Part shown: one piece after another, positions 20,277-30,994 of the stretch
Position numbering within the stretch: the stretch's first letter is position 1
Layout: each line of letters opens with the position of its first letter
Assembly: GCA_965208835.1 (NCBI GenBank)
Contig: OZ242358.1
Span: 3,776,001-3,840,000, forward strand
Length of the DNA: 64,000 bases
Reading direction: 5' to 3'
DNA from: Candidatus Latescibacterota bacterium
GTDB taxonomy: Bacteria; Latescibacterota; UBA2968; GCA-2709665
The notes under the pieces: model-generated
What the model was told of the DNA's origin: nothing
Databases searched by the model: none
The model's input: only the letters and a program-made list of their open reading frames with translations
Position numbers and translations under genes: made by a program

Positions 20277-23200
20277 CTATACCACCTTGCCGAACAGGAG
20301 AGCAAACCGGACGAAGTCCGAGAATGCGACGTTGCCGTCGTCGTCCAGGTCGAATCGGGGATTGGTGGAGCCGAAGGCGCTGGCAAACATCAGAAAGTCG
20401 GTAAAGTCAACCCTGCCGCTTCCGTCGAAATCGGCGATTCCCGCCGAAGGAAAGGTGGTCTGCCCGGACGTAAACGTGACGTTCCTGAATCCGGAAGCGA
20501 GGGGTACGCCTGACGAGTCAGCGGCCATGGAACATGCAAGGCTGTACTCACGACCGGCTTCAAACGGCAAGAAAAACGAAAGCAGGGCGCGCTGGCTCGT
20601 TCGGTCAAGAGTCACCGAGGTCGGGCGACCCAGGTCGGGGGTGACCGAATATCCGTTCGGATTGGCCGTTCCGGCTGACATCGGTTCACTGAACTCGAGT
20701 GAGAGACTGTTCGCGTGGATGACTTCCACGCGATCCAGTTCCGGAGCCGGATTGGGGCGCAGGACGTGTGTTTCGGAGCTGATCTCGTCGCCGCCGGGCA
20801 GAGTGGCAATCACAACGTAACGATACACTCTGTTTTCGGCCAGGCCAGTGTCCGTGTACGAATTAGTGGTCAGTTTGTCCGCTATGGCTTCCGGCATACT
20901 TCCGTCGACCCCGCGCAGAATGCGATAGATGGCGCCGCTTTCGACGGGCGCCCACGCCAGCCGTACGCTTTCCGGTCCCAACGGATAAGCATGAACGATC
21001 TGTAGAATCCTGCTTATGCCCGGCTCGGTGCGTTCCATCAGACGTACGGCGCCGTCCCTGTTGTAGAGCAGCTCCGCGTAACCATCCCTGTCCAGATCCG
21101 CAATGAGCGGGCGGTAAGTCAATGAAACGGTTTCATGCCAGACGGGTTCGTATGAATCCGGGCCGGTGGCGCGGATGAGGTAAAGGTCCGGGCGCAGACA
21201 GACGGCCAGGTCGGGGATACCGTTGCCGTCCACGTCGCCCGTCGCAATACCGTTTCCCGTCGAGATTACACCCGAGACTCGAATCGACCACTCCTGTGCA
21301 TAGGAGGACAATCCGTCCGCACTGTAGATTTCAAGGTCCCACCGGCCGTTGAGTGCGTCGTTCCGGTCTTCCGCCGCGCGGGCGACGACGAACTCCACGT
21401 CGCCGTCATTGTCGATATCGGCGGCGCCCCCGATCCATTGGGTATTGGTGCTGTCACTGCCCGCCAGTTTCCAGGTCTGCGCGAAACCGCCTCCGGGCAG
21501 AGCCTCATAGATCCAGAGGTCTCCGTCGTCGTCGCCTGAGAGGATTTCCTTCCGCCCGTTGCCGTTCAGATCCGCGATGACAAACCGGGGACCGGGCCGG
21601 TTTCGGCCTTCGGTCGGATTCGGAAGAGGGGTGCCTCCAATGAAGGCACCTTCACGCGTACTCCTGAGAATACGAATCCCAGGCATATCGGCGGATCGGG
21701 TCACGATCTCGTTTCTACCGTCGCCGTCGACATCGGCGATTTCCCCGCCCCGGGCTTGATCCAGATTCAGAAGGACTTCGGAGGGAAAGGGGTTTCCCCC
21801 AAAGAGCAGGAGGCGCGGAAAACGGGTGCCGAGCAGATCGGTGCTACCGTCGTTGTTCGCGTCGCCCAGAGCCAAGGGCCAGAACGACTCGCTGGTCCGG
21901 AAGATGGTGGTGAAGCTTCCATCCTCGTTGCGTTCCAGGATTAGGTTTGTATTGTAGGTACGGCCGCTGGCGTAGGGCATCAGTACGAGTTCGGGCCGCC
22001 CGTCCATGTCGAAGTCGGCGGTCTCGTTTGCAAGATACCCGTCGGGCAGGGTGTCGATCTCCACGAAACCACGAGAGGAGAGACGAAGCGGATCCACCCT
22101 TAACGTCAATGGTTCGGAAAACACGGCCTGTCCCCCGGCATCCCTGGACATGATCCGGTATTCCAGGGGCCCGGGTGCGAGGTCTGGAGGCAGGGTGACG
22201 CGATGACGGGTGTAGATGATGTCCGAAAACAGGGTGTCTTCTCGCGTCGCCGTAGACGAGCGAAAGAGCAAGGCACCGCGTGTTGGACGTCTGGTGTGCC
22301 ATTCGGCCTGGTACGCCTGGCGGTTTCCAATGAGTATGGGTGCGAAAGACGCCCTGGATATAACCGGCAAGGCCCGCAGTATGCCGATTCGCACCCGGTC
22401 TTCAAGTGTCGTGCCATCCGTCAGCCTGACCAGCAGCCGCAGGATGACAGTGGTGTCGGCCGGCGTACCCGGGGTCCAGGAATGCCGGATGTTCGATCCC
22501 GGCGGTCCACCGGAGAGCCGGTTCCAGGATTGAGGATCTTCTCCCCTGCCGGAAAACAGTTCGTAGCCGGCAACGTTGGGACCATCGGCCCGGGCGAGGA
22601 TGTCTACGTTCCGCCTGGCGCCGTCGTCCATCCGGGGGTGGTCGATCTGCACGACGGGGGGATCTGTCCATCCCGTCGTTTTTTCGAGCAAATTCGCCGC
22701 ATCGATACGACCGGCACCGCTGCTGCTGTCCCAACCCTCCGGACCGAGATCGACTACGGACGCCGTGAGCAACGAGCGGACCTGCTCGGGGGTGAGATCG
22801 GGACGACGGGAGAGAATAAGCGCCGTGAGGCCCGCGACGTGGGGCGCCGCGAAGGACGTGCCGGAGGCGTGTACATAGCGGTTTCCCGGCGTGGTTGTAA
22901 GCGTACCCGAGCCCGGCGCGACCAGGTCCAGCGGGACCCCCAGGCTGCTGAACGCGGCAATCCGGTCGCGCGGCGCCGTGGCTCCCACGGCAATGGTTTC
23001 GTCCATGGCAGCCGGGTAGGAAAGGCCGAATTCGCCGCTGTTACCTGCGGAACTGACCAGGATGAGGCCGCTCGCGGCGGCATAGCGCACGACGTCGCGG
23101 ATCAGGAACGCGCTTTCCGGCCCACCCCAACTCATATTGATGATGTGGGCGCCGTTTTCCACGGCATAGAGAATTGCGGCGGCAAGGTCGTCTTCTTCAA

Positions 23201-24011
23201 GAAAGGTAAGGTTGGATTGCAGCGTCACGCCGGCGCGAAGGGACATCAGTGCGGCGCCCGGCGCGACGCCGGCGATGCCAACGCCGTTGTCTGTTACAGC
23301 CGCGGCAATGCCTGCAACACGGGTGCCATGGCTGGATTCGTCCATGGGATCGTTGTCGCGCGAGAGATAGTCGCCTTTTGCCGGTAGTGTCGGGGTGTGG
23401 GTGAAGTCCCACCCGCGAACGTCGTCAATGTACCCGTTGTTGTCGTCGTCAACGCCGGGACGACCGGATGCTTCGACGGTGTTGATCCAGATGTTGTCTG
23501 CCAGATCTTCGTGGGTATAGTCCACGCCCGAATCGATGATGGCGATGACGACAGGCTGTTCTTCCGGCGGAAGGCCGTCCCGCAGGGCCTGCCACCTGAT
23601 TTGATCCAGACCGTACTGATCGGGCAGTCGCGGGTCGTCGGGCGCGTCGTGGTGGTTGAAGAGGTGGATGGGCTGTGCGTAAACGACGTCCGGGTGCTCC
23701 GTGTAGGCGGCCGCGGCTTCCACGGGACTTGCGCCGGGGTCAATCTCAAGGCGGTACACCTGCGCCAGTCCCATGGCACGTTTGGCCGGGACAGCGGGTG
23801 GCTGAAAAACGGGCTCGGGGGTGCCGGCGGCAAAGCGCAGATGCAGGCTTTCCAGGCTTCCCACAGCGGTTTTGGCCGCCGCCGTTCTGAACCTGATAAG
23901 AATCTGTCCCGGAGAGTACGCGGGTTGAGCCGTGGCCGAACTGAGGGCGGGAAACAATATCAAGACTTGAAATATGGCTGATTTCGCCTGCATCCGGATG
24001 GTTGGATTCAA
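20277..24011 (-). CDS. Secreted S8 subtilisin-like peptidase with FG-GAP/VCBS repeats, an FN3-like domain and a C-terminal dockerin/EF-hand-like module
   Basis: Catalytic motifs IIDSG, HGTRVAG and GTSFAAP; repeated DxDGDG motifs; C-terminal DFDGSGRVDFTDFL...DLDDDGNVAFSDF. Confidence 0.92.
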   Translation of the reverse strand: MNPTIRMQAKSAIFQVLILFPALSSATAQPAYSPGQILIRFRTAAAKTAVGSLESLHLRFAAGTPEPVFQPPAVPAKRAMGLAQVYRLEIDPGASPVEAAAAYTEHPDVVYAQPIHLFNHHDAPDDPRLPDQYGLDQIRWQALRDGLPPEEQPVVIAIIDSGVDYTHEDLADNIWINTVEASGRPGVDDDNNGYIDDVRGWDFTHTPTLPAKGDYLSRDNDPMDESSHGTRVAGIAAAVTDNGVGIAGVAPGAALMSLRAGVTLQSNLTFLEEDDLAAAILYAVENGAHIINMSWGGPESAFLIRDVVRYAAASGLILVSSAGNSGEFGLSYPAAMDETIAVGATAPRDRIAAFSSLGVPLDLVAPGSGTLTTTPGNRYVHASGTSFAAPHVAGLTALILSRRPDLTPEQVRSLLTASVVDLGPEGWDSSSGAGRIDAANLLEKTTGWTDPPVVQIDHPRMDDGARRNVDILARADGPNVAGYELFSGRGEDPQSWNRLSGGPPGSNIRHSWTPGTPADTTVILRLLVRLTDGTTLEDRVRIGILRALPVISRASFAPILIGNRQAYQAEWHTRRPTRGALLFRSSTATREDTLFSDIIYTRHRVTLPPDLAPGPLEYRIMSRDAGGQAVFSEPLTLRVDPLRLSSRGFVEIDTLPDGYLANETADFDMDGRPELVLMPYASGRTYNTNLILERNEDGSFTTIFRTSESFWPLALGDANNDGSTDLLGTRFPRLLLFGGNPFPSEVLLNLDQARGGEIADVDGDGRNEIVTRSADMPGIRILRSTREGAFIGGTPLPNPTEGRNRPGPRFVIADLNGNGRKEILSGDDDGDLWIYEALPGGGFAQTWKLAGSDSTNTQWIGGAADIDNDGDVEFVVARAAEDRNDALNGRWDLEIYSADGLSSYAQEWSIRVSGVISTGNGIATGDVDGNGIPDLAVCLRPDLYLIRATGPDSYEPVWHETVSLTYRPLIADLDRDGYAELLYNRDGAVRLMERTEPGISRILQIVHAYPLGPESVRLAWAPVESGAIYRILRGVDGSMPEAIADKLTTNSYTDTGLAENRVYRYVVIATLPGGDEISSETHVLRPNPAPELDRVEVIHANSLSLEFSEPMSAGTANPNGYSVTPDLGRPTSVTLDRTSQRALLSFFLPFEAGREYSLACSMAADSSGVPLASGFRNVTFTSGQTTFPSAGIADFDGSGRVDFTDFLMFASAFGSTNPRFDLDDDGNVAFSDFVRFALLFGKVV

Positions 24012-24114
24012 GGTCCGGCTCCCGGACTATGTTCCTTCGTTAACCTGCAAATCCAATGGGCCCGGTTTCACCGGGCCTTTCGTTATGGACGGGATATCCG
24101 GCCGGAGGTTCCGT

Positions 24115-25311
24115 TTATGTCGATTGGCGATCGGGCAATGCTCCTGCGCTTCCCCGATCCGGGGCTCCCGGCAGTGCGGCCACGAGTGCGGCGGAAGGAA
24201 GTAAAATGAGGGAGACGCAAGCCAGGGCAAACGACATGGATGTACTGTCTGCGAGAAGTCCGATGCCCGGAAGCATAAGGCCCGAAATCCCCCATGCAAA
24301 ACCCATCACCAGTCCCGTGGCCGTGCTGGCGTGTTGCGGCAGGATGCGCTGCGCCAGCACAATATTGGTGGTGGCGCCGAGATCGAAGACGAATCCGGCG
24401 AAAAGAAAACACAACAGAGAGACGGGCCCCGAGGTAAAGCAAAAGACAATATAGAAAACGGTCGAGAATGCGCACGACCAACCCAGAAGCCTGCGAGGCG
24501 GGACACGGTCGCCGAGATATCCGCCTGCCAGACGGCCCAGCGTGGCCGCGATCAGGTACGCGGACAATACCCAGCCAATTTTGGAGATATCCCACATCCG
24601 TTCGTGTCCGAGAATGGATATGAAGCTCACGCAGGCCGCGTGTACCAGAGATCGAAATACGGCGATTGCATACAGGATCCAGAGGGGACGCATGGCCGAC
24701 GTCCGAAGAAACGCGAAGTTGATGCGGACCGGCGCTTTCGTACTCTCGGCCGGCATGTCGGTCCTGGCCATTTGAAAAAGGACCGTTGCGGCCACAAGAC
24801 AGGGAAAGATAACGATCCATAGAGACTCCATCCCGTAGCGCGAAATGACCTGTGTCCCCGTTACCGGTGCAATGGCCATGCCTAAAGGGCCGCCGGTCAG
24901 GAAGACCGCCATGGCAAAGTTGGACCGTCCGGGCATTGACGTCGTCACCAGGCCGCCGGCCGTCGGATGGAAAAGGGACGAACCGAGAGATGCCAGGATC
25001 AGAAAGCCGGCGAGCACCGCTGCCGTTGGCAGCATGCCGATAAAGGAAACGCATAGGCCGCACGCAAGAACGCCGAGCGCTGCCAGACGCACGCGATTGG
25101 AACGATCGCCGATGTAGCCCATAAACGGTTGCGGGATATTGCCAAAGAGGGAGACGACCATCGGCAGGAGAGAAGCTTCCACCAGCGTAAGCCCGAACCT
25201 GTTCTTGAAAAGGGCCAGCAGCGGTGGAAACAGGGTCATGTAGAAGTCGACGGTGGTATGCGCATAGGTGATCAGGCAGACCCGCGGCATAGGACGTCGC
25301 GTTAAACGCAT
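24115..25311 (-). CDS. MFS transporter, Fsr-like
   Basis: About 12 TM helices; H..VDFY, QP..G..GDR and SSLFHP. Confidence 0.88.
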   Translation of the reverse strand: MRLTRRPMPRVCLITYAHTTVDFYMTLFPPLLALFKNRFGLTLVEASLLPMVVSLFGNIPQPFMGYIGDRSNRVRLAALGVLACGLCVSFIGMLPTAAVLAGFLILASLGSSLFHPTAGGLVTTSMPGRSNFAMAVFLTGGPLGMAIAPVTGTQVISRYGMESLWIVIFPCLVAATVLFQMARTDMPAESTKAPVRINFAFLRTSAMRPLWILYAIAVFRSLVHAACVSFISILGHERMWDISKIGWVLSAYLIAATLGRLAGGYLGDRVPPRRLLGWSCAFSTVFYIVFCFTSGPVSLLCFLFAGFVFDLGATTNIVLAQRILPQHASTATGLVMGFAWGISGLMLPGIGLLADSTSMSFALACVSLILLPSAALVAALPGAPDRGSAGALPDRQST

Positions 25312-25389
25312 CTGAGTTCCCTGGTGTTGGTCGTGCGGTGAAATCGAGCGGGATCCGTCGAATGGAAGAAACGTGAGTCGGCGGGAGGT

Positions 25390-25752
25390 TTACGCGAGGC
25401 CCGCGCGTTCGATAACGACCTCTCCAATCTTGTCATGGATTCCCAGGGGTCCGGTGACCCGGAATGTGACGCCTGGAAAACGAGCCGCGGCGCGTTCAAC
25501 CATGGCAGGAATGTCGTGAGTGGCGTGACGGCCGGGCGAGAGCATGTACGGGTGAACGATCACTTCGGTTGCGCCGTCGCGAACACAGGCCTCAACACCT
25601 TCTGCCAGGGTGGGTCGGGCGAGTTCCATATGGGCGATGTGCACGAGAAGCCCCACACGTTTCCGCCTCACGATTGCCGCAACCTCTTCCAGCATAACAT
25701 TGGCTTCGTCCCGGGTAGAGCCGTGATCGACAATGAGAAGAGCTTTAGACAT
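25390..25752 (-). CDS. Short CbiX/SirB-type chelatase
   Basis: VDHGS, AHMELA.P and PYMLSPGRH..HDIP. Confidence 0.85.
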   Translation of the reverse strand: MSKALLIVDHGSTRDEANVMLEEVAAIVRRKRVGLLVHIAHMELARPTLAEGVEACVRDGATEVIVHPYMLSPGRHATHDIPAMVERAAARFPGVTFRVTGPLGIHDKIGEVVIERAGLA

Positions 25753-25848
25753 AATAGATCAACGCTCGGAAATATCGGAAGTTTTCGCCGCGGTGTCGGC
25801 CTGCTGCATTTTTCGAATTGAGGCCAAATACAGGCTCTTGATTCTGGT

Positions 25849-28812
25849 TCATTTTTCCCAGCGATCGAATCCGGTATGGAGAACCTTAAACGAGTCACCT
25901 GGCTCAAAGTCGTACCGGAATCCCTTTGAGTAATCCAGGTCGTCCACCATACCGCGGATGAAATTATCATCGCCGACTCGGATGAATGTCTTGTTGCTCT
26001 TGCGCTCGACGCTTCGGATCCGATAGCAGGCATCGCGTTCATTTTCGTTCCGGATGGAGATGTAAGCACCTGAAAGGGGGCCGTTGGGTGGAGGTTCGTC
26101 TGTGTGGATGACCCCGGGCTCGTGGTTGGAGACGATGCCGGTCCAGGCGGCTTCCGCCATCCGGATGCCGTGTGTCTCGGTACCTAGGTTCGTCCCGCCA
26201 ACGAGCGCGGCCCATTGCGGGCCGTTTTTCGATTCCGCAAAGATTCCGAAGCTGCCGTTGAAGCGAATGCGCCCGTCTATGTCGATGGAGCTGTACCCGT
26301 CGCCGAAAATGACTGTGTGGATATTATCGTCCTGCAAGCGGACTCGTAGAGCACGGAGAGCGGGTCCGCCAGGGAGGTCGACCTCTTCAATCTTCACAAT
26401 ATTCCGGTTTCTTTTGAAAGCCTCGATGATGCTCAAATAGCCGGAGTCGAGGGGCTGTTCACCCTCATGGGCGACAATTCCGTAGGTCAGACGCCGGGGA
26501 TTGCCGGGTTTGTTGCGAGGTGGATCGCCGTGACAGAGTGCAATCTCGCCAGGGGGGTTTATCAAGTTCCATCGCAGGTGAATGTCGGTCGCCGCGCCGG
26601 GCCTGGATGATGCGGGGAGCACCTGCCACGTATCCGTAATAGTCCAGTCGACGGAGACCGTTCCGGCCGCTGCCGCACAACGCTTTACGTCGTAAAGGTA
26701 CTGGAAGCCGCTGCCACTGTAGTTACGTACTTCTCCATCGTAAAATTCTCCGAATCTGACGTCTTCACCCGCGTAGGTGCCTCTATCCTGCGGCGTGAAC
26801 TCAAGCCCCTCAGTCCTGACGATCCCTTCGGCTGCGTGGAAGAGAAAGTGGTGTGAAGAACCGCCGGAGACCTGGAAAAGGTCTGCTACATAGAAATCCG
26901 CATCGGAGATGCGCACTAACGCGCTGGTACGGCGGTAGACCGAGCACTGTGGGTAGACGTCAGTCGATGAAACGGAAACCACCTGAGCTTCCTCGGTCGT
27001 CGCACAGAAGTCGACCTTTCCGGAATAGCCGCCTTTCTGTTTGCTTCGATCAACAAGGACCGTGTTGTGGGAGACGGTATGGCTGGTCCAGCCCGAGCGT
27101 TTTGGCCATACCCGCGCGTGTTCGGGATAGCCGAGATCCGGCATCAGGTCCAATCCGAAGCCGTAGAGGCCCAGATTCAATCGATCCGCATGCCCATGGC
27201 CGGTGTTGCGGCCGTAGTAGAGCCACAGGGTGCGTTCGGTGTCATCCGCGCCGTCTCTGAGAAGTGTCAGACCATACCCCGTCATCACGTCAGAAACGAG
27301 GCGGAAGGGTCCGTGTTGCGCTACGGTCTCTGTCACGCGACGCCGAATGGCTTCCGGATCCTCGTTGAAGATGCTTCCGTGAATCCGTGTCAGATCTCCA
27401 CCAACGAGGTGGTGTGCAACCCTGGCGAAAATGGGATCGCCAAACAGCTCCAGGCCCTCCAGACATTGCTCGGCGGTGAGACCGCAAAGGTTGGGTTTAC
27501 CCGTTTGGCCCGTGTCACCAATATTTGGGATGTATCTGCCCAGACAGATCATGCGGATGTGACCCAGGAACATCTGCTTGTACCGCAAATATCCCCGTAC
27601 ATTGTGGCGGGTGTATGAGCGCCGGCATCTAAGTACACGGTCCAGATCGTTCATACCCTGGGATTTGTGGAGCCAGCCCAGGCTGTAGGATGGCGCGGCT
27701 TCGGAACCGATACCGTCCCGGTCGATTTCTCCCGCGAAGAGTTTGGGGATGTGTCCGCCGCTCGGCTTTTCTCCGCGCAGTTTGCCCGCCTTGAAGATCC
27801 AATCCAGCCACTGGTCGGTATCTTCCGCATCCAGAGCGACGGAGAGGACAGCCATCGTGACCTGATCGCCGGGTTCGTTTCTGGCGACGTCGCCCGCGAG
27901 GATGGCGGCAATGCCCTCGCGTATGATGCGATCTTCAATATGGCGGCATAGTTCCTCCACGTTGTTCTGTGAACACAGACCGTGGACGATCTGTTTGCGT
28001 GCGAGGAATGTGAAGAGTGGGTCGCCATCTCGCCACGCGGATCGGACGGCATCATAACATTCCGTAAAGGCGATGAGCAGGCCCGGTTCCCAGATTCGGC
28101 CGTAGATACGACCCCGGCCGCTCAATCCGTCCGAGTTGAAGAATCCGAGTCCAGCCCAATAGGACCAGTGCATATCGGGATAGACGTCGGCGATTCTGGC
28201 AAGCAGAATTCCGGCTTTGCGGGCATACACGGGGCTGCCCGTGAGCAGGTACGCCCGCTTCAACCCCTGGCAGGCGGCCCGTATTTCGTTCCAGATGCCA
28301 TGGTGTCCATAGACACCAATGAGTTTGAATGATTCTCCGGTATCGTCGGTCCAGCCAGTACCGTCGTCCACGCACCAGGCGAAAAGGGGGTCGTTCTTGT
28401 CTGGATGTTGTGTATTGAAGAGCAGGCTGCGGTCGGCTTTGTGAGGATGAAAGAGTCCGTCGAGACCGATGCCGCTCATGTAAAAAGCGGCAAAGTCGTT
28501 GCCGGGGAACCTGCCGCTGCAGTTGGGGCAGATGATTTTCCAGGGGTCGCGAAGAACGTCCACTTTGAAAGCGCCCCCATAACGATTGATGCCGTCGCCG
28601 CATTGAGGACACCCTTTGGTGACGCTTGCGTTGGTGCTGCGACCGGTGGTTTGCCCGGTAACGAGGGACCACAGGGTGTCATCGTCCAGATCAAGCCAGC
28701 GCCGGGCATGATCGACGGCAGCGTCCCGCTCGGCGGCAGCCCAGTACATTCGTTCGATGTTACGGCGCGCGTTGGCGATCCCTTCAGAGGCGATGAAATG
28801 TTCACCGGGCAT
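25849..28812 (-). CDS. Heparinase II/III-like polysaccharide lyase
   Basis: GHGHADRL, PDLGYP and HTVSHNTVLVD; N-terminal CxxC...CxxC. Confidence 0.8.
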   Translation of the reverse strand: MPGEHFIASEGIANARRNIERMYWAAAERDAAVDHARRWLDLDDDTLWSLVTGQTTGRSTNASVTKGCPQCGDGINRYGGAFKVDVLRDPWKIICPNCSGRFPGNDFAAFYMSGIGLDGLFHPHKADRSLLFNTQHPDKNDPLFAWCVDDGTGWTDDTGESFKLIGVYGHHGIWNEIRAACQGLKRAYLLTGSPVYARKAGILLARIADVYPDMHWSYWAGLGFFNSDGLSGRGRIYGRIWEPGLLIAFTECYDAVRSAWRDGDPLFTFLARKQIVHGLCSQNNVEELCRHIEDRIIREGIAAILAGDVARNEPGDQVTMAVLSVALDAEDTDQWLDWIFKAGKLRGEKPSGGHIPKLFAGEIDRDGIGSEAAPSYSLGWLHKSQGMNDLDRVLRCRRSYTRHNVRGYLRYKQMFLGHIRMICLGRYIPNIGDTGQTGKPNLCGLTAEQCLEGLELFGDPIFARVAHHLVGGDLTRIHGSIFNEDPEAIRRRVTETVAQHGPFRLVSDVMTGYGLTLLRDGADDTERTLWLYYGRNTGHGHADRLNLGLYGFGLDLMPDLGYPEHARVWPKRSGWTSHTVSHNTVLVDRSKQKGGYSGKVDFCATTEEAQVVSVSSTDVYPQCSVYRRTSALVRISDADFYVADLFQVSGGSSHHFLFHAAEGIVRTEGLEFTPQDRGTYAGEDVRFGEFYDGEVRNYSGSGFQYLYDVKRCAAAAGTVSVDWTITDTWQVLPASSRPGAATDIHLRWNLINPPGEIALCHGDPPRNKPGNPRRLTYGIVAHEGEQPLDSGYLSIIEAFKRNRNIVKIEEVDLPGGPALRALRVRLQDDNIHTVIFGDGYSSIDIDGRIRFNGSFGIFAESKNGPQWAALVGGTNLGTETHGIRMAEAAWTGIVSNHEPGVIHTDEPPPNGPLSGAYISIRNENERDACYRIRSVERKSNKTFIRVGDDNFIRGMVDDLDYSKGFRYDFEPGDSFKVLHTGFDRWEK

Positions 28813-28950
28813 AGGGGGGCAACCTAAATGACGGCGGCTTGAGGGTGTTGCTTGAGATAGCGCTCAACGGCTTCAAGGCGGTGGACGTCCCGATCCCGGC
28901 CGGAGAGAAGGGGGACAACGGGCCACGTTTCGGTCCGGCTGATTCGAGCA

Positions 28951-30486
28951 TCAGGCCAGATCCTTGAGGATTTCCTGCGCGGCATTGTGGCCTGGAATGC
29001 CGCTCACTTCGCCCCCTGGATGCTGTCCGGCACCGCAAAGGTACAGACCTCTGTGCGGGGCTCGATATTGCGAGAGTTCCGGAAGGGGCCGGTTCCAGAA
29101 GAGATGTTCGCCGGCGTGTTGCACGTGCCAGATGCAGCCGTCCGTAAGGCCGTTCTCGCGCTCGATGTCCCGCGGCGTCCGGAAGACGCAGTTTTGGATG
29201 GAGGCCCTGAAATTGGGAGCAAATTCCGTGATCTGGTCGATGATGCCTTCGGCGATCTCGTCCCGGACGTCGTCCCACGCGCCCTGCCGGAGCCGCGCGG
29301 GCGCCGGGTAAATCCACACGGAGGCGGTGTGATAGCCGGGCCGGGTGAGGGTGGGATCCGCGAATGAAGGCATCGAAAAGCTGACGACGGGTCTGCGCAC
29401 CGGCAGGCCGGCTTCCAGTTCATCCCATGCCGCTTCGATCTCAGGCCTCGATGCGTTGAGCGTGATCGCACCCCGGTAGGGCTGTTCAGGATCTCCGTCC
29501 CAGAACTTCCATTGCGGCGCTTCGCTGATAACGGCGAGCAGCTTATAACAGCTCACGTGGGTGATCAGACCCTCGAGCCGCCTGCGCAGCCTGCCGTTGA
29601 CCGACTCGGCCGGCATGAGACTGAGGAATGTACGCTTGGGGTCAAGGTTGGAGACCGTGATCCGGCTGCGGACTTCCTCTCCATTTGCCAGGCGCACACC
29701 GATAACGGCGTTTTTCTCCACAAGGAATCCGTCGACGCCCGCGTCGAGATGGATGGCCGCGCCGGCTTCCCGCGCCGCGTCGGCGATCGCATCGCTGACG
29801 GCGCCCATTCCGCCCTCGACGTAGCCATAAGGATGGGCTTCGCCGGTTTCGGTGTCGGGGCGGTTGATGGAACTGTAGGCAAAGTGAAGTCCCAGGGGAT
29901 TCCGGCCGACGGAGGCGCCTTCCGAGGCGTGGAGATCCCTCAGGTGATCCGTGGACAGGAATTCATCCTGAAGTTCCAGGATACGGGTGGAGATGGCTCT
30001 TTCGAGCACACCGGCCGACGGCGTGCCGGCTATCGCGGAACGGACATCCTCCAGGGGTGGGGGGGCCTGAAACCTGTAAGGGGTGACGATGTCCGAGAGC
30101 GTCCGCTTGAATTCACCGTACCGTCGGGAGTCGGCGCGTTCGCTGCTTGTGAGGCGGCTCCGGTGGGTTCGATTCCTGGGAGAGTCGTGATCCGACGGCC
30201 CGTCGTAGGTGCCGTCCGGGCGGAGGCGGATGTACCCTTCGCGCGGCAGCATTTTCATCCCGCGATCATAGAGATTGAGATCCCGTATTACTCTGGGGGG
30301 CAGTCCGTGGATCATGTGGGCGCAGGTTGAGAAGTGAAATCCGGGCCACAGTTCTTCGGTGATCGAGGCGCCGCCGACAAAGGGACGGCGTTCATGCACG
30401 CTGACGTCGAGACCGGCTTTTGCCAGATAGGCAGCGGCAGTCAGGCCGTTGTGGCCGGCGCCGACGACGATGACATCCGTATCCAT
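28951..30486 (-). CDS. Phytoene-dehydrogenase-like FAD oxidoreductase
   Basis: VGAGHNGL, GGMG and LYLCGAGQHPGGEVSGIPGHNAA. Confidence 0.88.
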   Translation of the reverse strand: MDTDVIVVGAGHNGLTAAAYLAKAGLDVSVHERRPFVGGASITEELWPGFHFSTCAHMIHGLPPRVIRDLNLYDRGMKMLPREGYIRLRPDGTYDGPSDHDSPRNRTHRSRLTSSERADSRRYGEFKRTLSDIVTPYRFQAPPPLEDVRSAIAGTPSAGVLERAISTRILELQDEFLSTDHLRDLHASEGASVGRNPLGLHFAYSSINRPDTETGEAHPYGYVEGGMGAVSDAIADAAREAGAAIHLDAGVDGFLVEKNAVIGVRLANGEEVRSRITVSNLDPKRTFLSLMPAESVNGRLRRRLEGLITHVSCYKLLAVISEAPQWKFWDGDPEQPYRGAITLNASRPEIEAAWDELEAGLPVRRPVVSFSMPSFADPTLTRPGYHTASVWIYPAPARLRQGAWDDVRDEIAEGIIDQITEFAPNFRASIQNCVFRTPRDIERENGLTDGCIWHVQHAGEHLFWNRPLPELSQYRAPHRGLYLCGAGQHPGGEVSGIPGHNAAQEILKDLA

Positions 30487-30574
30487 GAATGGTTTCCCTT
30501 CGATGGGAACCGACCCCGTGCGTTCGCAGCCAAACTGGGCGGTTCCATGGAAATATCTATGGCTGCGGTCTTAG

Positions 30575-30898
30575 CAGTCCGTTGACAAAGTCGCTCTGCA
30601 GGCGAGGCAGGGTGTCCCGTCCCGGAAATATGTCACCATTCATCCGCTGATTCATCCCGTCTTGCGGCGTTGCCTTCGCTCGGTGACCGTGAGCAGGTCA
30701 CCTTGCTCAGGCGTCTTGCCAGCCGGGCGACTCGGCGTCCGAATTTCGGCGATCTATTTCCGGGACAGAACACTTGCCATTGTGGCCGAAGACAAGGCGC
30801 GCAACCGAGTCCCATCCTGCGATTCGGCGAGGGCGCGCAACGCCGTATTTCGACCGCAAGGGCCGGCCGTAGCCCGGATGGGCTTTTTCAACGGGCTG
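30575..30898 (+). mobile_element. MITE-like element, family A, carrying a nested family E element
   Basis: Family A ends with an exact TTAG duplication (30571-74 and 30899-902); interrupted at 30612-30773. Confidence 0.88.
30612..30773 (-). mobile_element. MITE-like element, family E copy 2 (nested)
   Basis: GTGTCCCGTCCCGGAAATA...TATTTCCGGGACAGAACAC; homologous to 4498-4652. Confidence 0.8.
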
Positions 30899-30994
30899 TT
30901 AGGGCCTTGCCGGGCATCGGTCACCGCGATTTCCGGTCCGCTGCCCGCAAGTTGAACAACTTCGCAAATATGGGATTCAGCCCCATTGATTGCA

